From positions 7,125-71,124 of IMG/VR virus record IMGVR_UViG_3300009537_000004: 64,000 bases of DNA; one strand, given 5' to 3'. This stretch comes from a virus. Every line of letters begins with the position of its first letter. Position 1 is the first letter of the stretch. Positions 18,620 through 27,593 of the stretch are shown in pieces. The translations under genes and the position numbers were made by a program. Under the pieces are notes generated by a model, which was given only the letters and a program-made list of their open reading frames with translations, did not search any database and was not told the DNA's origin.

Positions 18620-20202
18620 TGTCGAAAATTGTTGATCCTGATAATTTAACTAGAAATACATCGGTCAATTTCTATATTGCCGATCCAGAAGCTAGATATA
18701 TTGAACTTTCGTCTAGTTTGGATGACCCCGCCAGCTTAATTCCGCCGCTTACTTCGGGCTCCGACTCGGGAGTTACTAACCAATGTCTTTACTCATTTTG
18801 TAAGGAGCAATGGAAAAATCAAGAAGACCTAATTCGAATTCCATTTCCATTCATTTCCATTACGAAAACACAGTTTGACTTAATAAATAACTGGGATTAT
18901 TACAATGATGCTACTCGTTATCTGATACGTGACGGTGGCTGGTCAGTTATTTCCGGCTCAGTTACAACACAGGAATGGGTTGGTCTCGTAACTCTTGGTA
19001 CGCTTGGTGTAACAGACCAAGTTTATTATCAACAGAGCGCTTCCCTCGAACCATACTTCAATTTCAAGATGAGTGGTTCGGTTAACCAAGCAATTCAGCA
19101 ATTTTCAGCGTCATATCTTGGAACGGTATACAATAAAAGGTCATTTACTAAACTTTTCGTTCGTGAGTATCAGAAAACTTACGACGATGCATCTGTCCAG
19201 GACGATCTCGCAATTGAAACGCAAGAATATGTTGTATATTCACTCCCGCTAACAAACGCGACTGATCTTCATATCACCACAACTCTTGAGGGCCAAGCAA
19301 CCGGTTCTCCATACAACGAAATAACAATCTCGTATCTTACTGGCTCAGGCTTTGACAACTATTCGGATGGACAAACTTATGAAGCAGGACGGGTTGTCTA
19401 TGACTCAGCCGGCTCGCCAAACCAAGAGTGGTTCATCACTAACGCTGGTGGAACTACGGTCGCAGGTGACGGCACCGTAGCCGGTAATACCGGAACGGCA
19501 ACATTCGTAACTTGGTCAGCGGCAAATGGCGGCGGCCAAAGACTGATTAGCTCTGTAAACTACGCTTTCAATATTATCATTGACGCTGGTGCAGGACAAA
19601 ACAACGACACCGAGGAAATTTATACTCGAATTCAATATGAACTTCGTCTGTCGTCCTCCATTGATGACAATGACCAATTCACTACGCCTCATACTGGTTC
19701 TGTGTCCGACTTGCTTTTGAGCTTCCTTGGTGATACATTGATCACCGCAAACGGTGTGTATGTTGATAACTTCCAGGATGCGGACACAAACAGCATTGAC
19801 TTCTATGATGTTTCGGGCTCTGTTCGCAGATTCCCGTTCGTTGCAACTGGTCAAATCAACTTCAATGACAACCTGTCTAGTGACGCGCAGGCAGAATACT
19901 TTATGTTCTTCACAAGCATCGCGTCAGGATCATTCGGCTCGGCCAGCGCAGTTATTGTTCAAGACAACACTGACGTACTCATCACCGGTTCCGTCAGCGG
20001 CTCGAGTTCAGTCGCCTTTACTTTTGATTATGATGGAAATGCACAAGGAGGCAGAGCTTCTGGAACCGATGCTCCTGTTACTGTAGTTGCAATTGGATTG
20101 AGCACCGCACAGTATGTGTTGGCGACTTCAACAATTGAAAGAACAAAAACGAATACTATTACTTTAGTATCCGCTCTTGAAAGAAACTACTCAAATCCAT
20201 AA
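18619..20202 (+). CDS. Virion structural protein
   Basis: 527 aa, SGS/TGS-rich, C-terminus 'ERNYSNP'. Confidence 0.65.
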   Translation: MSKIVDPDNLTRNTSVNFYIADPEARYIELSSSLDDPASLIPPLTSGSDSGVTNQCLYSFCKEQWKNQEDLIRIPFPFISITKTQFDLINNWDYYNDATRYLIRDGGWSVISGSVTTQEWVGLVTLGTLGVTDQVYYQQSASLEPYFNFKMSGSVNQAIQQFSASYLGTVYNKRSFTKLFVREYQKTYDDASVQDDLAIETQEYVVYSLPLTNATDLHITTTLEGQATGSPYNEITISYLTGSGFDNYSDGQTYEAGRVVYDSAGSPNQEWFITNAGGTTVAGDGTVAGNTGTATFVTWSAANGGGQRLISSVNYAFNIIIDAGAGQNNDTEEIYTRIQYELRLSSSIDDNDQFTTPHTGSVSDLLLSFLGDTLITANGVYVDNFQDADTNSIDFYDVSGSVRRFPFVATGQINFNDNLSSDAQAEYFMFFTSIASGSFGSASAVIVQDNTDVLITGSVSGSSSVAFTFDYDGNAQGGRASGTDAPVTVVAIGLSTAQYVLATSTIERTKTNTITLVSALERNYSNP

Positions 20203-20221
20203 TCCTTGATTTGGTAGTAAG

Positions 20222-20270
20222 ATACGAATGGTGGGCGGAGAGATTCGCCCACCATATCGTATTTGTTTAT
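20222..20270 (+). terminator. Intrinsic terminator-like hairpin
   Basis: ATGGTGGGCGGA-GAGA-TTCGCCCACCAT, extended by ATACGA/TCGTAT, then TTGTTTAT. Confidence 0.75.
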
Positions 20271-20281
20271 TCCTTCCAACC

Positions 20282-20288
20282 TATTTAT
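20282..20288 (+). promoter_or_regulatory. TAYTTAT candidate late promoter
   Basis: CTATTTAT right after a terminator, 34 nt before ATG20323. Confidence 0.6.
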
Positions 20289-20322
20289 CTATAGGTCTTA
20301 CAAGACGATGGAGACTTCATAG

Positions 20323-21714
20323 ATGGCTTCTAAGTTTACTTATGATTTTGAAAATAGATTATTGATAGTTAGCAGCAGCATCACCGAGTTGGATGTTCAA
20401 GTTGACTTATATTCGGATTGGAAAGAAGATGTCATTACTACTGTTTTCAATCCTGGTGTAGTACACCCCTTTCGAACAACCGCCGGCGATCCTATTGGCG
20501 GCGGCAATAAAATTAGCCCATATTTTTTCCTTATTAACGGGTGGAAAATTAGGCCTCAAGAAGCTAACCACACCTTAACCATACGAGGAAACTTATATAC
20601 AGATCCGGCTGGTCAAGACATTATTATTCCAACTTCAGGAGCATATACTGTCAATGCTGTTCTTGAACGAGCCGTAGACTCAACTGCAGTGTTGTTAAAT
20701 GAGCCAGTAATTCAACATGCTTCTTTCGGTGAGGGGGTTTGGGTCAATCCTTCCAGCCCATATGCAGGAACTACTTTTCCTATTGGAACATTATTACAAC
20801 CAGTTAATAATGTAAGCGATGCATTATCTATTCTTGTGGCCCAAGGATTACCTAATATGTATCTTCTTGGAAGTGTTGAGTTTGTTGATGAAGATATATC
20901 GGGCATTGAGATATTTGGAAAAGCCCCTGAAGTAACAATAATTGTTCACTCCGGCGTTAATATAGACAATACACAGTTTGAGGACTTGATAATATCCGGT
21001 TCTTTCATGCAATCTGGACCGCCGGCAGAAACAGTTATTAAAAGAAGTAGAATTGAAAATCTTACCTCATACAGTGGTAAATTAGCAAAAGATGTTAGAT
21101 TGGCAGGAGTAATGTTTTTGTCAGGATCTGGGCCAATTTCATTCTTAAGGGCATATGATTTTGATACTTCTTTTGGTGCTGCTACATTTGATTTATCTGA
21201 TATTTATTCTGGAGCTCAAATTGGTGTTAGAGATTATTTTGGAGCTTTAAAAATTGTTAGTTGTTCAACAGATGTTGATATGGCAATTGATATTAGGGGG
21301 AGGTTGATTTTTGATTCCACCGTAACATCGGGTTCTTTCATAGTAAGAGGTATAGGTCAAGTAGATGACCAATCTACAGGAACAGCTTTAATTAATACAG
21401 ACGATCTGATCGGATCTGAAGTAAAAACTGAAATTTCCGAAATTATAACATCGCAGTCTTTGGTAGATGGAGATTTTGATACAGTTATTACCTCTCAATC
21501 AATCGCAGACACGAAGCTCAATTCATTACTCTCTGTGAGTGGTTCTGGATTGACTCCGGCACAAGCAGAAATGTTGTTAGGATTATATGAAATTATGGGC
21601 CTTGACCCAACACAACCATTAATAGTGACGCCCGTAGCTCGCACAGTGTCGTCCAGCATCAGCCAGAGCATTACAACATCTGGTGATGAGGTCACTGTTA
21701 CACGGACAGTATAA
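20323..21714 (+). CDS. Virion structural protein
   Basis: 463 aa; 'DLYSDWKE', 'GGGNKI.PYFFL.NGWKIRP.E.NH.L...GNL'; GGAG RBS. Confidence 0.65.
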   Translation: MASKFTYDFENRLLIVSSSITELDVQVDLYSDWKEDVITTVFNPGVVHPFRTTAGDPIGGGNKISPYFFLINGWKIRPQEANHTLTIRGNLYTDPAGQDIIIPTSGAYTVNAVLERAVDSTAVLLNEPVIQHASFGEGVWVNPSSPYAGTTFPIGTLLQPVNNVSDALSILVAQGLPNMYLLGSVEFVDEDISGIEIFGKAPEVTIIVHSGVNIDNTQFEDLIISGSFMQSGPPAETVIKRSRIENLTSYSGKLAKDVRLAGVMFLSGSGPISFLRAYDFDTSFGAATFDLSDIYSGAQIGVRDYFGALKIVSCSTDVDMAIDIRGRLIFDSTVTSGSFIVRGIGQVDDQSTGTALINTDDLIGSEVKTEISEIITSQSLVDGDFDTVITSQSIADTKLNSLLSVSGSGLTPAQAEMLLGLYEIMGLDPTQPLIVTPVARTVSSSISQSITTSGDEVTVTRTV

Positions 21715-22130
21715 TGGCATTAACTTTGCCACAGATAATTTCGCCTATTGATATAGCTACTAATGGTCTGTTGGCAACGGTGGCCATAGATAGAACACAA
21801 TCCGGCGGACCACAGCTTATTGTGACGCCCGCCCTAACAATTGCAACAATGGGCTGGATCGTATTTCTTGAGGAAGAAATCGTTGAGGTTCCTGAAAAGA
21901 AAGGCGGCCGCAAACCGCCTAGAGTACGACCAGGCGATAAACGCAAGAAAAAGTTTCGTAAGAAAATCACTTGTAGAGTGCAGGTTGACAATGAGTGGTA
22001 TACCGATGTAGCTTACACAGATGACCTCAAGCTGAACTTGAGAGATGTTCGCGTCAAGCTTGACTTGGATGAACAAAAGAAACCAATAATAGAGATTATT
22101 TTACCAGAGGTGAAAAATGGAAGGGATTAA
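21714..22130 (+). CDS. Hypothetical protein
   Basis: 138-aa ORF coupled by TAATG. Confidence 0.6.
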   Translation: MALTLPQIISPIDIATNGLLATVAIDRTQSGGPQLIVTPALTIATMGWIVFLEEEIVEVPEKKGGRKPPRVRPGDKRKKKFRKKITCRVQVDNEWYTDVAYTDDLKLNLRDVRVKLDLDEQKKPIIEIILPEVKNGRD

Positions 22131-22344
22131 ATCAAGAAACGGCATCGCCAAAGGCGATAGGGTTCTATGGACAGGCTCATCAAAAATCCGGCCGGACCAA
22201 GTTGGTTTGGCCAACAAGTATCTTAAACAAGGCCAGCCATATGTTGTAGACTTTGTATTTCCTGGTGAGAATTTTGAACAAGTTGAATTAGAAGGTATTC
22301 CTGATGCAGCATTCGTTCATGATATGTTTATTAGGATAGGATGA
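22117..22344 (+). CDS. Small hypothetical protein (SH3-like beta barrel possible)
   Basis: 75 aa, GAGGTG RBS, 'KGDRV' start typical of small barrels. Confidence 0.55.
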   Translation: MEGIKSRNGIAKGDRVLWTGSSKIRPDQVGLANKYLKQGQPYVVDFVFPGENFEQVELEGIPDAAFVHDMFIRIG

Positions 22345-22694
22345 TGACAGAAACCTATCACAAATATGTTGAAGTCCCCAACTTAAAGAATTTTGGGTAT
22401 GGAATTAGGTATTTTGATGATGACCATACCATTTATGTATCGCCGCCCGTCTACAGGCTAATAGCAGAAAAACTATTACAGACGCTGGACTATCTTGTGT
22501 TGAGTTACACTCGCAATCAAAAGCCTATTGATAAAATTGCACGGGATATTATGATTGAACTTGATAATTGTCCCCCCGGCGGGTTTACTACCGAAATGTT
22601 AGGGCAACTTGTCAACAAACAGAAAAAGTTTGTAAATCCTGACTTGATCGTGTCACCAGTGCAGCCGGCCGGGTTGACAAGTTCCGCAAAGTAG
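22341..22694 (+). CDS. Hypothetical protein
   Basis: 117-aa ORF with ATGA overlap. Confidence 0.55.
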   Translation: MMTETYHKYVEVPNLKNFGYGIRYFDDDHTIYVSPPVYRLIAEKLLQTLDYLVLSYTRNQKPIDKIARDIMIELDNCPPGGFTTEMLGQLVNKQKKFVNPDLIVSPVQPAGLTSSAK

Positions 22695-22702
22695 ATTATA
22701 TT
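22674..22702 (+). promoter_or_regulatory. sigma70-like promoter for the primase/Mre11-Rad50 cassette
   Basis: TTGACA (22674-79), 17-nt spacer, TATATT (22697-702), 27 nt before the primase ATG. Confidence 0.7.
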
Positions 22703-22729
22703 ATAGGTCATAACATTTGACCAAACATT

Positions 22730-23653
22730 ATGACTGACGTAATTGAGTTACTTACTCTTCTTGACAATAGTTTAGGGAATCATAGATCGCAAGGACGAAA
22801 TGAGTATTTGTTCTTTTGTCCTTTCTGCTCTCACCACAAACCAAAGCTTGCAGTAAACGTAGAAACGGGGCAGTGGCATTGTTGGATTTGCGAAACCAGC
22901 GGCCGCAGCCTTGTTTCTTTGCTCAAAAAAGTCAATGCTCCAAGAAACAAAATCAATCAACTGGCAAAATTACTACACCAAGACATTCAATTTGCAGAAA
23001 CAGACGAACCGTCTGGTGATTTGATGTTGCCGGCCGAATTCAAACCGCTATGGAAAAAGCACAAAGATTACGAATCAAAGCATGCGCTAGCATATCTCAA
23101 ACGCCGTGGTATTACACCTTCCGATATAATCAAGCATAACATTGGATATTGTTCGGATGGGTTATATGCTTATCGAATCATCATTCCCAGTTATGATCAT
23201 AGAGGCCGACTTAATTTCTTTACAGCAAGAGCATATCGTGACTTAAAGCCACCATATAGAAATCCACCATGTAGCAAAAATGTTGTTGGATTCGAGTCAT
23301 TAATATCGTGGGACTTCCCGATAGTTATATGTGAGGGGCCAATGGACGCGATAGCAATTCGCCGCAATGCGATTCCTCTGTTTGGAAAAACACTTCCAGA
23401 AAAGCTTTTAGAGAAGATTTTTGAGCACAATGTGAAGGAAGTATATTTAGCGTTAGACCAAGATGCATTAAAGAATGCGTTAAGAATTGCAAAAACATTA
23501 ATGGATCAGAATATCAATGTTTACATCGTGAAATTGGACGGAAAAGACCCCGGCTCAGTGGGGTTTGAAAAAATGCTGGGCAGAATCAAAAATACTAAGG
23601 ACAAGCTCACTCTTGGCGGACTCATTAAAGAAGGGCTGTCATTGGTAAAGTAG
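22730..23653 (+). CDS. DNA primase (Zn finger + TOPRIM)
   Basis: 'CPFC...HCWIC' Zn finger, 'RIIIP', TOPRIM 'VICEGPMDA' and 'LDQDA', 'KDP'. Confidence 0.85.
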   Translation: MTDVIELLTLLDNSLGNHRSQGRNEYLFFCPFCSHHKPKLAVNVETGQWHCWICETSGRSLVSLLKKVNAPRNKINQLAKLLHQDIQFAETDEPSGDLMLPAEFKPLWKKHKDYESKHALAYLKRRGITPSDIIKHNIGYCSDGLYAYRIIIPSYDHRGRLNFFTARAYRDLKPPYRNPPCSKNVVGFESLISWDFPIVICEGPMDAIAIRRNAIPLFGKTLPEKLLEKIFEHNVKEVYLALDQDALKNALRIAKTLMDQNINVYIVKLDGKDPGSVGFEKMLGRIKNTKDKLTLGGLIKEGLSLVK

Positions 23654-23655
23654 AG

Positions 23656-24297
23656 ATGTTCATTTACGCTATTAGAAAGAAAAGCAACCTCACACATGTT
23701 CTTATAGGACAAACTATTCAGAAAAATCCACAACAAAGATGGAAGTCCCATAAAAGAGCACTAAAAAGAAACATTCATAAAAATCCCCACATTCAAAATG
23801 CTTGGAATAAGTATGGTGAGGATGCATTTGAATTTGTTGTTTTGACAGAAGCCAGAAATCAAGATGAATTAGATAAACTTGAGTGGGTTTACGAGAAATT
23901 GTTTGGTTATTATAATCTTCGTGAGGGTGGGGGTGGTGGAAAATTCAGTGATGAAGCAAAAAGAAGAATGAGTGCTGCAAGAGTTGGAAAAGTTCCTTGG
24001 AACAAAGGATTAACCAAAGAAATTGACGACCGCATTCTAAGAGATAGTATTGCAAGACGGGGAAAGGGAAATCCTATGTATGGAAGGAATTGGTCGCCTA
24101 AGCAACGAAAAATCATGAGAAAACAAATAGGCGAAAATCACCCGAACGCAAAACTTACTGAGAAAGATGTTATGGAGATAAGAAGAAGACATCAACCTTA
24201 TAAAGTGGGATTTGGAAAACTGGCCAAAGAATATGGAGTAGATAAAAAATTGATTATTAATATTGTTAAACGACAAATTTGGAAACATGTGAAGTAA
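23656..24297 (+). mobile_element. Free-standing GIY-YIG homing endonuclease with NUMOD3-like repeats and C-terminal HTH
   Basis: 'FIYAI...LIGQT...RW..H...H.N..IQNAWNKYG...FEF', 'YNL..GG', 'G.GNPMYG', 'GENHPNAKLT'. Confidence 0.8.
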
Positions 24298-24300
24298 AAT

Positions 24301-27300
24301 ATGGCAACAATAAATCCTGTCAAAGTTGATGTTCACTTTGATAAACTAGAAAAAATAATTCAGATCGCTGATATACATATAAGGTTGTTTAAGAGACACA
24401 AAGAATACAAAGAAGTATTTGAACAACTATATGAAGATTTGAAATTTAAAGGTCAATTATTTGAAAATTCAGTAATAGTTGTTTGTGGCGATATATTACA
24501 TGCAAAAACTGATCTATCTCCTGAGATGATCGCTTTGGCATCTGAGTTCTTGAAGAAGTTGGCAGATATATCGCCGACGCTGGTTATAGTAGGAAACCAC
24601 GACATGAATCTGGCAAATTCATTTCGCCTGGATTCGCTCTCCCCAATTATAGAAAACATTTCTCATCCTGACCTTTATTATTTAAAAGATAACGGCATCT
24701 ACACGGTCGCTGACACTGAGTTTGCGGTCTACTCAATTATTGGTGATCGTAGAGATTGGCCCCGACTCAAGAAGTGTAAATCACCAAACAAAATTGCTCT
24801 TTGCCATTCTCCTGTCAACACAGCAACTACCGACACAGGCTTCACTATTACAAGCAGACATGTTGACTTATCATTGTTCAATGGATATGACATGGTGCTG
24901 TTGGGCGACATTCACCGCCATCAAGTTTTGCAAGAGTACGATGCAGCAAATAAGAAGCCCATAGTAGCATATGCCGGTTCTATGATTCAACAAAACCACG
25001 GTGAAAGGCTGGAAGGTCATGGGTGGTTAGAGTGGGACGTTAAAAATCGAAGCTTTGAATTTCATGAAGTTAAGAATGACTATGGATATGCTACGCTCAT
25101 CATCGAGAACGGCAAACTTCCAAATCTTGACCACATTCCACCAAAGGCTCGTTTGAGAGTTTTTGTAAAGGATTTAGAGGCTAGCAAGGTCAAGAAGATT
25201 GAGTCAATTCTGAAGAAGAAGTTTGATCTGAAAGAATTCATCGTCAATAAAATGCGTGACTCGAGCGTCACTTTGGATAACCAGAAGCACGCATCTGATT
25301 TTATAGATGTTCACGATATTGAAAACCAAAACAAACTGATAGAAGATTATCTAACTCGCCACCACGCGTTGGTAGATGATACTTTGATGACTCGAATTTT
25401 TGAGATCAACAAAGAACTCAACGCAAAGGTTGGTGGTGAAGATTTATCTCGCAACATTCATTGGAAGCCGTTGCTGTTTGAGTTCAGCAATATGTTCTCA
25501 TACGGGGACGACAATGTGTTAAACTTTGAATCTATGCGTGGCGTCCACGGATTGTTCTCTCCCAATGCGTCCGGCAAAACAGCAGCATTCGACGCTCTGA
25601 TGTTCTGTTTATATGACAAGACACCCCGAGCGTTCAAAGCGTCACATATAATCAACAACCGAAAGAACAAATTCCGTTGCTATCTAAAGTTTGAGATTAA
25701 TGGGGTGGAATACGGAATCAAACGAATTGGTATTCGCAAAAAGAACCAAGATGTAAAAGTAGATGTAGACTTTTGGCACACTGATGAAAACGGCAACAAA
25801 ATATCTCTTAATGCCGAAGACCGTCGCCATACAAATGCAGTCATTCGTCGCTATGTGGGAAATTATGAGGACTTCATTCTAACCAGTCTAAGTTTACAAA
25901 ACAACAACGCGCTGTTCATTGATAAAAGCCAGTCTGAGAGAAAGGACTTGCTCAGTCAATTTATGGGTATTAACATTTTCGACTTGCTTTACCAGTTAGC
26001 TCTGGATGAAATGAAAGAGGCAACCGGAGCTCTCAAAATGTTGAGCAAGGGAGAGGGGACGCAAGCATTGGTAGCCGCTCAAGAAGAAATTGACGTTCTT
26101 CAGGAAGAGTATAAAATCGCAGAAACGGAGAGGGGCGAGAAGGAGGCTGAACTAAATGAAGTAGTGACTTCCATTACTAACTTCTACGAAGCTAAAGTTC
26201 CGTTAGATTTGAATAGCTTTGACATAACGAAGTTAGAGGAAACAAAAGCAGAATTGGTAACTTCACTAACCAGCCTCAGCGAAACTGTGGGTACTTTGGT
26301 TCGTAGGGTTGAAGATCTCAGAGCACAATCTGGTAGTTTGGCAGAAGCAGTAAAAACCTACACCGATATGGATATAAGTGATTCGTATGAAGAAATGGTC
26401 AGTAATGAAAAGAAACTGAAAGAATTAGAATCTGAACTAAAGATGGTTCAATCCCAAATAGAGTCTGTTCAAAGTCAAATAGACCATATGGTGACGCATG
26501 AGTTTGATCCAGAATGTGAGTTTTGCGTCAAAAACAATCAAAAAATGGTCCAAACAACCAATCAGTTGAAAAAGTCTTTGGTTGAGTATAAAAGAGCGCG
26601 GTCATCCTTAACTCCATATATAGATGATCTTCGTTCCCTGATGCAAGATTACGATGATGTAGTAGAAGACTACCAAGTATTTATTTCTACCAGCAAGGAA
26701 TTGGCAGAGGTTGACCGAAATCTTTGGTCATCCAAAGCCCATCTTTCAGATTCTAAAAGTCGCGTCACTTCTAAAAAGGCAAAGTTAAAAGAGGCCGATT
26801 CTAACATTAAGAAGTATTATGAATCTGTGGATCTCATAGAGAAAAATGCAGAGATAGATGAAAAGATTGGGAACTTGGAGCAAAAGCAAAACGAACTGGA
26901 AAACGAAATCAAATTACGAGAGGCTAAGATTCGTGGTTTGCACGGAAAGCTTCAGGTACAAAAGGCTAACAAAACTAAGATTCTAAAACAGATTGCCGAA
27001 ATGGAAGAACTGGAACAAACCATTCACGCATATCAATACTATGTGGATGCGGTCAAACGCAATGGTGTTCCATATGAAATAATTTCCAAGGTGATTCCTT
27101 CTATAGAATCTGAAGTTAATAATATTCTATCACAAATTGCAGACTTTACCATTGGACTAGAAGTTGATGGCAAGAATATTAACGGTAGAATTTCTTACGG
27201 GGACAATCGCCATTGGCCGTTAGAAATGTCGTCAGGAATGGAAAGGTTTATTAGTTCATTGGCCATTCGTGTGGCATTGATTACAGTGTCCAATTTACCA

Positions 27301-27501
27301 AAACCTAACTTTCTCATTATTGACGAAGGATTGGGAGTGCTGTCATCTGAAAATCTAATGAGTATGCACATGCTGTTCTCAATTCTCAAAAACCAGTTCG
27401 ACTTCATCATAATCATAAGCCATCTTGAGGCTGTAAGAGATATGGTGGACAGTCTTATGGAAATTCAATTGGACAATGGATATTCCAAACTGAACTACTG
27501 A
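24301..27501 (+). CDS. Fused Mre11/SbcD nuclease + Rad50/SbcC ATPase (T4 gp47+gp46-like)
   Basis: Phosphoesterase motifs DIH, GD, GNHD, GDIH; Walker A 'PNASGKT'; Zn hook 'CEFC' within a coiled coil; signature 'SSGME'; Walker B 'IIDEG'; 'ISH'. Confidence 0.9.
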   Translation: MATINPVKVDVHFDKLEKIIQIADIHIRLFKRHKEYKEVFEQLYEDLKFKGQLFENSVIVVCGDILHAKTDLSPEMIALASEFLKKLADISPTLVIVGNHDMNLANSFRLDSLSPIIENISHPDLYYLKDNGIYTVADTEFAVYSIIGDRRDWPRLKKCKSPNKIALCHSPVNTATTDTGFTITSRHVDLSLFNGYDMVLLGDIHRHQVLQEYDAANKKPIVAYAGSMIQQNHGERLEGHGWLEWDVKNRSFEFHEVKNDYGYATLIIENGKLPNLDHIPPKARLRVFVKDLEASKVKKIESILKKKFDLKEFIVNKMRDSSVTLDNQKHASDFIDVHDIENQNKLIEDYLTRHHALVDDTLMTRIFEINKELNAKVGGEDLSRNIHWKPLLFEFSNMFSYGDDNVLNFESMRGVHGLFSPNASGKTAAFDALMFCLYDKTPRAFKASHIINNRKNKFRCYLKFEINGVEYGIKRIGIRKKNQDVKVDVDFWHTDENGNKISLNAEDRRHTNAVIRRYVGNYEDFILTSLSLQNNNALFIDKSQSERKDLLSQFMGINIFDLLYQLALDEMKEATGALKMLSKGEGTQALVAAQEEIDVLQEEYKIAETERGEKEAELNEVVTSITNFYEAKVPLDLNSFDITKLEETKAELVTSLTSLSETVGTLVRRVEDLRAQSGSLAEAVKTYTDMDISDSYEEMVSNEKKLKELESELKMVQSQIESVQSQIDHMVTHEFDPECEFCVKNNQKMVQTTNQLKKSLVEYKRARSSLTPYIDDLRSLMQDYDDVVEDYQVFISTSKELAEVDRNLWSSKAHLSDSKSRVTSKKAKLKEADSNIKKYYESVDLIEKNAEIDEKIGNLEQKQNELENEIKLREAKIRGLHGKLQVQKANKTKILKQIAEMEELEQTIHAYQYYVDAVKRNGVPYEIISKVIPSIESEVNNILSQIADFTIGLEVDGKNINGRISYGDNRHWPLEMSSGMERFISSLAIRVALITVSNLPKPNFLIIDEGLGVLSSENLMSMHMLFSILKNQFDFIIIISHLEAVRDMVDSLMEIQLDNGYSKLNY

Positions 27502-27509
27502 GCGACCTT

Positions 27510-27541
27510 GGGCGCCGATTTTCAAACTCGGCGCCCGATTT
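27510..27541 (+). terminator. Hairpin, probable terminator after the Mre11-Rad50 gene
   Basis: GGGCGCCGA-TTTTCAAAC-TCGGCGCCC, a perfect 9-bp stem with only a weak U tail. Confidence 0.6.
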
Positions 27542-27552
27542 ATGCGCTAAAC

Positions 27553-27559
27553 TACTTAT
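27553..27559 (+). promoter_or_regulatory. TAYTTAT candidate late promoter
   Basis: AACTACTTATA after the hairpin, 34 nt before ATG27594. Confidence 0.65.
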
Positions 27560-27593
27560 AGATTGAGGAGTTCCACCCTTCACGCGGGTTATT

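Noticed and set aside
22711-22719. Bacteroidota-type TAnnTTTG promoter
   Set aside because: The sequence is TAACATTTG, with the wrong spacing; the TTGACA/TATATT pair fits better.
23656-24297. Group I intron or intein around the GIY-YIG genes or in TerL/primase
   Set aside because: Flanking genes are complete with only 2-3 nt gaps, leaving no room for an intron core; no intein motifs were seen.
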